NCBI GenBank assembly: GCA_944392815.1
Contig: CALXXY010000006.1
Location: 1-34,711 of the forward strand
DNA from: an uncultured Alphaproteobacteria bacterium
GTDB lineage: Bacteria; Pseudomonadota; Alphaproteobacteria; Rs-D84
Length of the DNA: 34,711 nucleotides
Reading direction: 5' to 3'
A program made the position numbers and the translations under genes. Below are positions 1 through 7,719 of the stretch, piece after piece. Positions within the stretch are counted from its first letter, which is position 1. Every line of letters begins with the position of its first letter. Under the pieces are notes generated by a model. The model worked only from the letters and a program-made list of their open reading frames with translations, searched no databases and was not told the DNA's origin.

Positions 1-412
1 TGCCATTGGCTTTGGCGATTGCTATGCCTTCCCGCTGGCGGGTTCGTATCAAAGTCCTTTCAAATTGTGCAATAGATGCCAATATAGTCAATATCAACTG
101 GCTGGTGGCATCATCTTTGTCTGGCGAAAAATGCAGGTTTTCTTTGATAAAATGAATTGAAACACCCTTGGCCAGAATTTTATTTACTAAATCTATTAAA
201 TCAAAAGTATTTCTGGCCAACCGCGACAGTTCGTGGGCATATACTTCATCACCTTCGCGGATATAGTTTAACATTTCTTGCAAAGCAGGTCTGTCGGTAT
301 TTTTACCAGAACATTTATCTTCAAAGATACGATCGTATTTATCAGAATCCTGTAATTGGCGATCCAGATTTTGACCGATTGAACTGACACGAGCATACAA
401 TACGATTGCCAT
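1..412 (-). CDS. Serine recombinase (resolvase/invertase family), runs off the left edge of the window
   Basis: Not in the ORF track. Manual translation from ATG at 412 gives MAIVLYARVSSIGQNLDRQL...FEDKCSGKNTDRPALQEMLNYIREGDEVYAHELSRLARNTFDL...IAQFERTLIRTRQREGIAIAKANG. It has the YARVS catalytic Ser, SRLAR and E-R..I..R..EG motifs, with AAGGGG RBS upstream. Confidence 0.93.
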   Translation of the reverse strand, partial: MAIVLYARVSSIGQNLDRQLQDSDKYDRIFEDKCSGKNTDRPALQEMLNYIREGDEVYAHELSRLARNTFDLIDLVNKILAKGVSIHFIKENLHFSPDKDDATSQLILTILASIAQFERTLIRTRQREGIAIAKANG

Positions 413-479
413 AACATTCCCCTTTTGTTTAATAAATCCAAATAGAGTATTTAAGTTCAGCTGTAACCTGGCTCGAAAG

Positions 480-558
480 TGTCTAAAAGTCAAGCTTATT
501 AAGGGGTTTATTTAGACAGGTATTCCAATGTCCAATTTAGGTATAGGGTAATTAGATA
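480..558. promoter_or_regulatory. Putative res-site subsites upstream of the resolvase
   Basis: Inverted half-sites TGTCTAAA (480-487) / TTTAGACA (511-518) and TGTCCAATTT (529-538) / TAATTAGATA (549-558) resemble the TGTCY-type half-sites of Tn3/gamma-delta resolvases. Confidence 0.5.
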
Positions 559-583
559 TTCAAATTTTATACAAAATATTACC

Positions 584-610
584 TGGGGCAACCGTGGGGC
601 AACTTTGCCC
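584..610 (+). repeat. Tandem 9-bp direct repeat TGGGGCAAC x2 plus partial inverted copy (integrase arm-site-like)
   Basis: TGGGGCAAC at 584-592 and 595-603 and TTGCCC at 605-610, all GC-rich in AT-rich DNA about 180 bp inside the att core. Confidence 0.5.
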
Positions 611-784
611 ATCCAATAAAATCAATATATATCCATATACAATCAGGAACAACTATCTGAAAAAAGAATATTTATTTCGCCCCGATATTCAAAATTAAAC
701 ATTAATCAAATAAAATCACTTTATTAAATATAATACTTTGTTTTTACAATAAAAATTTTATTAAAAATTCAAAAAAGTTGTTTT

Positions 785-829
785 CTCATAACCTGAAGGT
801 CTGTGGTTCAAATCCACACTCCGCAACCA
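785..829 (+). other. 3' half of initiator tRNA-Met(CAT): att core duplication, not an intact tRNA
   Basis: CTCATAA-CCTGA-AGGTC-TGTGG-TTCAAAT-CCACA-CTCCGCA-ACCA gives anticodon loop, T arm, acceptor 3' strand and CCA. Upstream is A/T tract with no D arm or acceptor 5' strand. Confidence 0.88.
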
Positions 830-837
830 GTTAAAAT

Positions 838-866
838 GAAAAATACACCCATGCGGTGTATTTTTT
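838..866. terminator. Bidirectional intrinsic terminator (tRNA / ABC-F)
   Basis: AAAAATACACC-CATGC-GGTGTATTTTT hairpin with A/T tails on both sides. Confidence 0.8.
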
Positions 867-2481
867 ATTCTTCTGAATTCACATTATAATAATATTCCAA
901 TTTTTCGTGGTCGTAATCCTCTATACGGCCCGCCGGCAACACCAACATACGTGTAATCCCAATTTGTTCAACAAAATCAGGATTATGGCTGACCACCAAA
1001 ATAGTTCCCGCAAAATCGCGAAAATTTTCACCGATTACCACCTGGGTTTCTGGATCCAGATGATTTGTCGGTTCGTCCAAAATCAACATATTTGCACGCC
1101 GCAATAATAATTTACACAATGCCACGCGCGCCCGTTCGCCCGGCGACAACGACGCGACTGTTTTAAATACATCATTACCAAAAAACAAAAAATTTGCCAA
1201 TGCTGCGCGCAATTGTAAATCGCTGTATTCAGATGCAACCCCGCCCACATTTTCCAACACAGTTTTATTTAAATCCAATTGTTCCAATTCCTGGGCGTAA
1301 TACGCGATATCAGTTTTTGGATTAATATCAATCACCCCACGTTCAGGCATCAAAAATCCCATAATTAATTTTAACAAAGTTGATTTACCAACCCCATTTT
1401 CACCAACTATTAAAAATCTTTCACCCGATGCGATATGAAATGATAATTTTCTGTACAATAATTTTTTCCCGGGATATCGGAACCACAAATCATCAACCAT
1501 AATTGGAAAACGCGCGCCATCACGCAGTGGCGTTAAATCCATTTTTACCCGTTTATATTCCGCCAACGCGTCTGTACGACGTGCCAACAATTTTTCCAAT
1601 TGTGCGGCACGCACATGCCCGGCGCGTTTCATACTGTGTGCGGTTGGACTGGCGGCATTGGCACGCGCCACAAATTCAGATAAATGTTTTATCTGGCGTT
1701 CTTCGTCCTTGATTTTTGCCGCCTGCCTGATGCGCAATTGTGCAACTTTAGATTTATAATCATCATAATTACCATCAAATACAGTTATTTTTTTGGTTGC
1801 TTTGTCTATAAACAAAATCTTGTTTACGATTTCGTTTAAAAATTCAGTATCATGACTGATAATCAAAACACTGCCACGCCAGTGACGTAAATAATCACAC
1901 ACAAACGCGCGACTGGCCGCGTCCAGATGATTTGTTGGTTCGTCCAATAATAAAACATCAGCCACAGAATATAATAATCGCGCGAATGCAACCTGGGATT
2001 TTTGGCCGCCCGACAAATTTGACATTTTCATATCTATTAAATCTGTCAAATTCATATTTTCAATAATATCCAGCATAACATTTTCTGCATTATACGCGTC
2101 CAAAATTTCCAATTTTTCCTGGGCAATATTAATATCATTTTGCACCGCGATATCATCTGGATTATCAGCCAGCGCAACATACAAATCATGTAATTGCGAT
2201 TCAATCTGTTTAACAGGCCGCGCAGACGCAATAAAATCCCACACAGTCACATCTGGATTTTTTATTTCGATAACCTGTGGCAAATAACCGATTGTTGCGC
2301 CATCTGTATAAATATTTCCATAATCAGGCGTAATTTGCCCCAATATAATTTTAAATAAAGTTGTTTTACCGGCACCATTAACACCAACTATGCCGCATTT
2401 GGCACGCGATGGAATGTTAAATTCCGCATTGTCATATATGACATTTGTCCCAAACGAAAGTGTCAGATTTTCTGCCCGCAT
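865..2481 (-). CDS. ABC-F family ribosome-associated ATPase
   Basis: Two NBDs (GVNGAGKT, LSGGQ, LLLDEPTNHLD; GENGVGKS, LSPGE, LILDEPTNHLD), inter-domain linker GNYDDY, no TM segments. Confidence 0.93.
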   Translation of the reverse strand: MRAENLTLSFGTNVIYDNAEFNIPSRAKCGIVGVNGAGKTTLFKIILGQITPDYGNIYTDGATIGYLPQVIEIKNPDVTVWDFIASARPVKQIESQLHDLYVALADNPDDIAVQNDINIAQEKLEILDAYNAENVMLDIIENMNLTDLIDMKMSNLSGGQKSQVAFARLLYSVADVLLLDEPTNHLDAASRAFVCDYLRHWRGSVLIISHDTEFLNEIVNKILFIDKATKKITVFDGNYDDYKSKVAQLRIRQAAKIKDEERQIKHLSEFVARANAASPTAHSMKRAGHVRAAQLEKLLARRTDALAEYKRVKMDLTPLRDGARFPIMVDDLWFRYPGKKLLYRKLSFHIASGERFLIVGENGVGKSTLLKLIMGFLMPERGVIDINPKTDIAYYAQELEQLDLNKTVLENVGGVASEYSDLQLRAALANFLFFGNDVFKTVASLSPGERARVALCKLLLRRANMLILDEPTNHLDPETQVVIGENFRDFAGTILVVSHNPDFVEQIGITRMLVLPAGRIEDYDHEKLEYYYNVNSEE

Positions 2482-2570
2482 AGCCGAAATTGTATAAAAT
2501 TAATTTTGTATAACAAGTGTTTTTGATATAATTATAAACAACCATTAAAAAAACAGGGGGGATACAAAAC

Positions 2571-2903
2571 ATGAAAAAATTAATATCTGTTCTGTGCGCT
2601 TTATTTTTGGTCGCCTGTGGCGATACAGACATTTCCGGCACATGGACGCAACCTGTACCGGGCATGGCCGGATTGAACCAGGGATTCACATTAAACACCG
2701 ACGGCACGGCGTCATCTGTCAATATGGCAACACTGGCATACGATACATGGCGTCGCGATGGTGATACAATAATCATGACAGGCCGCAGTATTGGAAATGG
2801 TCAAACCATAGAATTCACCGAAACATACACAATTGAACAATTAACACCTGATACATTGGTACTGCGAAACGGTGACGCCACATTTACATATTCACGTGAA
2901 TAA
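2571..2903 (+). CDS. Lipocalin-like domain lipoprotein
   Basis: Lipobox LVAC and motif GTWTQPVPGM...ASSVNMATL.Y..W...G.SIGNGQTIEF typical of Bacteroidales lipocalin-like proteins; GGGGG RBS. Confidence 0.75.
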   Translation: MKKLISVLCALFLVACGDTDISGTWTQPVPGMAGLNQGFTLNTDGTASSVNMATLAYDTWRRDGDTIIMTGRSIGNGQTIEFTETYTIEQLTPDTLVLRNGDATFTYSRE

Positions 2904-2928
2904 AAAACGCCCAAATGGGCGTTTTTTA
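2902..2928. terminator. Bidirectional intrinsic terminator
   Basis: AAAAAACGCCCA-AA-TGGGCGTTTTTTT between convergent genes. Confidence 0.8.
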
Positions 2929-3558
2929 TTACTGATTCTGTATAAAGCATTTTTGCAACGATTGCCCATGATCATGCTGGTCAACGCGTTTATTACGAAT
3001 TTCTTCGGCGGCCTTGATTTTTTGTTTCACTAATATTAAATCAGGGTGCGCCTGTAATTCAGCATTTAATTCAGTAATCGCGGCATCTATATCAGACGCA
3101 TTTTGCACAAATATTGGCGTGATCGAATCCGCCGCTGTGTATACAGCATTCATTAATTCAGGGGTAAAATCATCAATCACAGATAAATATGCGCGAATAT
3201 GTTGGTCTTCGTGTGATAAAATCGCGTTGTATGTGCACGATTCCGGCATATGGCGAATATCAATCTGAACCAAAAAATTACTGTATCCAACGGTCGCGTC
3301 CACAGATTTTAATGACACACAATACCCATCTTCGATATTTGTAATATCGGCAACGATATCATAATTATCAACCAGCGTCGCCAAAACATTACCATGTAAT
3401 AAATCCATATGTTGTAATGGTTGAACAACTTCTTTGGACCATTCCGGCACGTCCAACGTAATTTTTGGTGTTAATTTATACGGTAAACAATCATCATACG
3501 CACGCGCAGCAATCGGAAAAACACAAACCAACAAATATAAAATTTTAATAAATTTCAT
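2929..3558 (-). CDS. Secreted hypothetical protein with HExxH motif (DUF922-like putative Zn protease)
   Basis: N-terminal signal peptide (ARA cleavage), C.Y.AILSHEDQH motif, four Cys; starts 3 bp after the virB4 stop. Confidence 0.6.
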   Translation of the reverse strand: MKFIKILYLLVCVFPIAARAYDDCLPYKLTPKITLDVPEWSKEVVQPLQHMDLLHGNVLATLVDNYDIVADITNIEDGYCVSLKSVDATVGYSNFLVQIDIRHMPESCTYNAILSHEDQHIRAYLSVIDDFTPELMNAVYTAADSITPIFVQNASDIDAAITELNAELQAHPDLILVKQKIKAAEEIRNKRVDQHDHGQSLQKCFIQNQ

Positions 3559-3561
3559 ATT

Positions 3562-5979
3562 TTATAAATCGCCCGCCCCTTGCTTTTTCAAATATTCAGC
3601 AACAAAATTGTTTCCATATTGTGCATATAATTCTTCGGCCAATAACACAGACGACCGCCCCGATTCAAACAAACGCAACAAATTCCCCAAACCACCCAGT
3701 TCAGTATTTAAAATCACAGATTCACCGGTGACCGGCCGCGACAATAACACCGCACGTTTTAAATTTGGATATGCCTTGCCCTGGATAAACGCCATTTCCA
3801 ACGGATTTAAATTCCAGTATTGATAATCAGATGCGTCGGCCGCCGGATTGCGGAAAAACAGCACTGTTTGCGCCTGGCCACGAACAACATCGCCAATTCC
3901 CAATTTATCCAAAACATTTGCCCGCTGGAACGCAACCATGTACGCCTGGCGATTTTTACGTCCCTCTTGCAATCCTGTGATAAAATTATCACGGAACATT
4001 TTATTTTCCAACATAGGCGCCGTTTCATCAATCATAATCAACGACGGATTTCCACCGGCCACAGTATTATTATTAATACGATGTAAAATATATGAAATCA
4101 CGGCCGGCGCCAAAGTTTCGTCCTGTAAAATATCGGTAAAATCGAACGTGGTTAAACGCGAATTCAAATCCAAAGTATCTGAATTTTCATTAAAAATATC
4201 GCCATACTGCAATGGATCAACCCATTTTTTCAACGCAGGCCGCATATTCCCAGCGGACGAAAAACAACTTTCCCATAAATTTTTCAGCATTCTGTCTTTG
4301 TCCGACAAATAATCAAAATTCACCGACACAGCGCGCGCAATTTCATCGGCCGAATTGGAATCACTTTGCCCCGAAATCATCGCAAACCACCGCCGCAAAA
4401 ACGCGCGATTTTCCGGTGTGTCGGGCATTTTTAATGGATTCAAATGTGTTTGGAACGAATCCGCGGACGCGTCTTTTTTATCTTTGCCCACCATTGTCAC
4501 ATATTTCCCACCAACGGCCAAAGTAAATATTTCGGCACCTTTGTTCCGGTCAAAGAAAAACGCCTTTAATTTTTTATGCCGCAACGATTGCGCAATCAGG
4601 AAACTGAACAAAGTCGTTTTACCGCCACCCGTTGGTCCAATTGTCAAAGTATGCGCCACAGCGGCCGGTTTGTCCGATACATGGAATTGAAATTGATATG
4701 GCGTTCCCTGGGCGGTTGGGAATACAACCAATGGCCCCGGTCCCCAATCACAGTTTGCCACCCCACGTGGTGTACTGGACATAGGCACACTAATAGCGGC
4801 CGTACGTGACAACATTTTAAAACTGCGCGGAAATGTATCAAATCCAGGAATTTGCGCGAACCAAGAAACCTTGGCTGCGAACGATTCCACAATCGGCGAC
4901 ACACCGAACGATGCGGCCACTTTGTTAAATTCGTCGATATATTTTTCCAATTCAGAAATCGTTGCACCAAATATCAAAAACAGCGGATAATAATTCACCA
5001 AACTTTGATTTCCGGAAATATTTTCGTCCATTGCGGATTCAGCCGCCGAAATCTGTTCAGTTGCAGATGTTTCTTTTTCTTCGGTTGTGGCGCGACGTTG
5101 ACGCAAAACATTTTCTATATCGGCCGCCCCCATAATTTGAAATCCATTCATACAAATCATTTCTGTTTGAATGGTGTATACAGAATTAAAAAACTCTTCG
5201 TCCAGATAATCAGGCGATGTTTTAAACGAAATTGCCGCAGCAAAAGATTGACGCCCTTCGCCTGTATATTTAATAACCCCATTTGATAAAAATTCCACAT
5301 CATCAACAGTTGTCACATCTGCAATGTTTTGATCGGCTGCTATCGGCGCGGGCTTGGTAATTGGGGATAAAATACGTCCAAAAAACCGTGCCATATTATC
5401 AGTGCTGTTATTACGCAACAGCCGCGGCCGATACGCCGCCAATATGGATTCAATATAACTGCCGTATTGATTTAATTTATCACGCGCAGACGCCCCACCA
5501 ACCGACAACACAATATAATAATTATTTGTAAATATGCGCAGTCCCTGGGCCCGCCATTTATTATAAATTTTTTGTAAAACCGGCTGGTCAAATTCATAAT
5601 TAGTATTTTCACCAACCGCATCACGCACAGTGTAAAAACGAATAACAACGTTTGGGTCGCGTATTTGATTAAATAATTGGGTACGCAAATCCAAAAATTT
5701 TGCGCGCGTTTCATCGTCCTGCATACTTGTTTGCACACCATCAACATGATAAACACGCACAATCGACCCATCGGTCAGCGTCATAGAATCATCGGTATAA
5801 ACAGTTTTAAATGGCAAATATTGTGCATAACGCGCATATCCAAATTTAGGAAAAATCCGGCGTGTTAACGCAGGCACAAACATCATCAACACGATGAACA
5901 AAAACACCACCACCATAACCATAATGGTTGCCGTTAATGGAAATTCACCGCCTGCAAAATGTTCAAAAAATCCGTTCAT
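3562..5979 (-). CDS. virB4: Type IV secretion ATPase VirB4/CagE family
   Basis: 805 aa; WG..P...F.T..GTPY.F.FH motif, Walker A GPTGGGKT, FFFDRNKG, Walker B IMIDE, RK.R; directly downstream of a VirB3-like gene. Confidence 0.9.
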   Translation of the reverse strand: MNGFFEHFAGGEFPLTATIMVMVVVFLFIVLMMFVPALTRRIFPKFGYARYAQYLPFKTVYTDDSMTLTDGSIVRVYHVDGVQTSMQDDETRAKFLDLRTQLFNQIRDPNVVIRFYTVRDAVGENTNYEFDQPVLQKIYNKWRAQGLRIFTNNYYIVLSVGGASARDKLNQYGSYIESILAAYRPRLLRNNSTDNMARFFGRILSPITKPAPIAADQNIADVTTVDDVEFLSNGVIKYTGEGRQSFAAAISFKTSPDYLDEEFFNSVYTIQTEMICMNGFQIMGAADIENVLRQRRATTEEKETSATEQISAAESAMDENISGNQSLVNYYPLFLIFGATISELEKYIDEFNKVAASFGVSPIVESFAAKVSWFAQIPGFDTFPRSFKMLSRTAAISVPMSSTPRGVANCDWGPGPLVVFPTAQGTPYQFQFHVSDKPAAVAHTLTIGPTGGGKTTLFSFLIAQSLRHKKLKAFFFDRNKGAEIFTLAVGGKYVTMVGKDKKDASADSFQTHLNPLKMPDTPENRAFLRRWFAMISGQSDSNSADEIARAVSVNFDYLSDKDRMLKNLWESCFSSAGNMRPALKKWVDPLQYGDIFNENSDTLDLNSRLTTFDFTDILQDETLAPAVISYILHRINNNTVAGGNPSLIMIDETAPMLENKMFRDNFITGLQEGRKNRQAYMVAFQRANVLDKLGIGDVVRGQAQTVLFFRNPAADASDYQYWNLNPLEMAFIQGKAYPNLKRAVLLSRPVTGESVILNTELGGLGNLLRLFESGRSSVLLAEELYAQYGNNFVAEYLKKQGAGDL

Positions 5980-5982
5980 ATT

Positions 5983-6279
5983 TTATGCCGCCAACCGCCC
6001 TGGTATTTTCTTTTTCAACAACTGTATTTTTGCAGATATAATCTGTCCCAATTGCGGATCACGTTTTGAATAAATGGCCAAAATCGTGTGCACCACAATC
6101 ACAGATATCAAAAAATACAGCGGGGAAATATTTGCATCTGCCCCAGACACAGCCAAATCAATAACAAAAATGACGATAAAGATAATGAATTGCACGGCAA
6201 AATTAATCACCGCCAGCGAATACGGCACGTAAAATATACGCGCAGGATTTGCCAATGCTTTCAGTACCTGTTGTCGCAT
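5983..6279 (-). CDS. virB3: Type IV secretion VirB3-like membrane protein
   Basis: 98 aa, KAL..PA.IFYVP N-terminus, two TM helices, KRDP motif; 3 bp upstream of virB4; GGGGAGGGG RBS. Confidence 0.75.
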   Translation of the reverse strand: MRQQVLKALANPARIFYVPYSLAVINFAVQFIIFIVIFVIDLAVSGADANISPLYFLISVIVVHTILAIYSKRDPQLGQIISAKIQLLKKKIPGRLAA

Positions 6280-6311
6280 TTTGGATTGGGCCCCTCCCCC
6301 TCGTTGGTTGA

Positions 6312-6340
6312 ATTATAACAATTTCAACAGTTTTCAACAA
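6312..6340 (-). promoter_or_regulatory. sigma70-type promoter for virB3
   Basis: TTGTTG-17 bp-TATAAT with an extended -10 TG on the minus strand; overlaps two TTTCAACA boxes. Confidence 0.55.
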
Positions 6341-6550
6341 GTATAAAAAGCATTTTCAAAAAATTGTTAAAAATGTTGAAAACATGTATATTTTTCAACT
6401 GTTTAATAAACACCTGATTTTTTCAACACAAAAACAAATATCCGCAGAAAACCTGGATTTTTTTGTTGAAAACCTGTTGATTAAAAGTTTAAAACAGTTT
6501 TCAACAAAACAAACAGCCCCAACAAAAACAACAAATAATTAATATTATTA
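6321..6550. repeat. Array of DnaA-box-like 9-mers (TTTTCAACA), candidate oriC
   Basis: Exact TTTTCAACA at 6331, 6420, 6498 (+) and 6374, 6464 (-); near matches at 6321, 6353, 6365, 6392, 6475. Followed by GCCCC, CAA-type trinucleotide repeats and a pure AT tract. Confidence 0.65.
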
Positions 6551-6551
6551 T

Positions 6552-6579
6552 TTGATTTTTCACAAAAACCGTTTATAAT
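6552..6579 (+). promoter_or_regulatory. sigma70-type promoter for rpmJ
   Basis: TTGATT-16 bp-TATAAT, then AAGGA RBS at 6592-6596. Confidence 0.55.
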
Positions 6580-6602
6580 GGCCACACAACAAAGGATTTG
6601 AC

Positions 6603-6737
6603 ATGAAGTTCTTAAGTTCATTAAAGGCCTGGAAAAAACGCGGTAATGTAAAACAAATTCGCCGTGGTAAACAGGTTATCCTGATTGACCCTAATAATCC
6701 AAAATTAAAGGCAAAACAGGGCTTCAGAAAAAAATAA
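6603..6737 (+). CDS. rpmJ: 50S ribosomal protein bL36, zinc-independent (type B) form
   Basis: Below the ORF-track cutoff. MKFLSSLKAWKKRGNVKQIRRGKQVILIDPNNPKLKAKQGFRKK (44 aa) has the MK..SSLK..K.R.....RR......NP..K..QG pattern, no Cys, and its own promoter, RBS and terminator. Confidence 0.85.
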   Translation: MKFLSSLKAWKKRGNVKQIRRGKQVILIDPNNPKLKAKQGFRKK

Positions 6738-6749
6738 TTGTATATGAAT

Positions 6750-6778
6750 AACCCCTGAACATGGGGTTTTCTTTTTTT
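6750..6778 (+). terminator. Intrinsic terminator of rpmJ
   Basis: AACCCC-TGAACAT-GGGGTT followed by TTCTTTTTTT. Confidence 0.7.
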
Positions 6779-6792
6779 ATGGGGAATTTTTC

Positions 6793-7719
6793 ATGAAAAG
6801 CGCGGAAATATTGTCCATTATTGATAAATACATAAACAAATATAATTCTGAAAAATCACCGAAATATGAAACAATATATCAATTACCGTCCAGTGATGCG
6901 GCGATATTGGGTTCTGGTTTTGTCCGCGACGACGCGTCACGCGTATCGTTTTGCTTTTACAGATTATCCCCCCAGGAATATGACGATGGTGGCGCACAAA
7001 GTTTTGCAGACGCCACTTTTTACAACGGAAATTCATTAAAAGATGGCAAAATCAAACTGGAATTAAATGTAAATATGCCGGTTCGGGTCGATGGTGATAA
7101 AACGTATCTGGACAGGGCTATGATGGCGGAATTGGTGACACACGAATTGGCGCATGCATACCGTAAATCCAGGGAATTGGCCGCAGGACATTATAAATTT
7201 GATTTTTCATTTTTGAATTTTGTTAAACGCAAAAAATCAAATAAAAAATATACCACGTTCCAACGTGCTGTGGCATATGATCGTACAATGCCAACCGGCG
7301 GCGCAAATGACATTTACGAAAAAATGCGCTGGGTTGGTTATGCCCTGGTCGAAGACGAGGCATACGCCCAACTGGCCGGGATTCAAACATTTTTGGCCGC
7401 TGGCGGCAATATCCGGGACAGCCGCGGTAAACAATTGATTGATATAGTCAGTACTTATCTGGACGAAATAGAAAAAAACGCAACACCCGACGATTGGCAA
7501 AAATGTATGAAAACAATATCATATATTCCGGCCCGACAGGGTGAAACCCCTGCGCGTTTTGCGCGTCGTTGGATTGCATATTATCGCGACAGAATTGCCA
7601 AATTTAACACGCGCGTTGAAAAAATGTTAAATAAACATCGCACAGATAAATTTAAAACCGCTACAAAATCTTTGATGATTTCCGATATGATTCCGGCAAC
7701 GGGCCATGAACGCGATTAA
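6793..7719 (+). CDS. Hypothetical protein with zincin-like metallopeptidase motif
   Basis: 308 aa ORF with GGGG RBS; VTHELAHAY (HExxH) and downstream EDEAYAQ as a candidate third ligand; no signal peptide. Confidence 0.6.
   Translation: MKSAEILSIIDKYINKYNSEKSPKYETIYQLPSSDAAILGSGFVRDDASRVSFCFYRLSPQEYDDGGAQSFADATFYNGNSLKDGKIKLELNVNMPVRVDGDKTYLDRAMMAELVTHELAHAYRKSRELAAGHYKFDFSFLNFVKRKKSNKKYTTFQRAVAYDRTMPTGGANDIYEKMRWVGYALVEDEAYAQLAGIQTFLAAGGNIRDSRGKQLIDIVSTYLDEIEKNATPDDWQKCMKTISYIPARQGETPARFARRWIAYYRDRIAKFNTRVEKMLNKHRTDKFKTATKSLMISDMIPATGHERD

Larger units (their letters stand above)
1..829. mobile_element. Right end of an integrative element/genomic island inserted at tRNA-fMet
   Basis: Resolvase, AT-rich spacer and a displaced tRNA 3' half lacking its 5' half. 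Confidence 0.75.

Noticed and set aside
157-387. 76-aa plus-strand ORF
   Set aside because: Antisense shadow of the serine resolvase on the minus strand.
755-829. Intact tRNA-Met gene
   Set aside because: No D arm or acceptor 5' strand upstream of 785; only the 3' half is present.
865-2481. ABC-F as an antibiotic-resistance gene or island cargo
   Set aside because: Subfamily cannot be assigned by eye, and it lies outside the att boundary.
6321-6510. CRISPR array or plasmid iterons
   Set aside because: Repeats are 9 bp, in mixed orientation and irregularly spaced; no cas or rep gene nearby.
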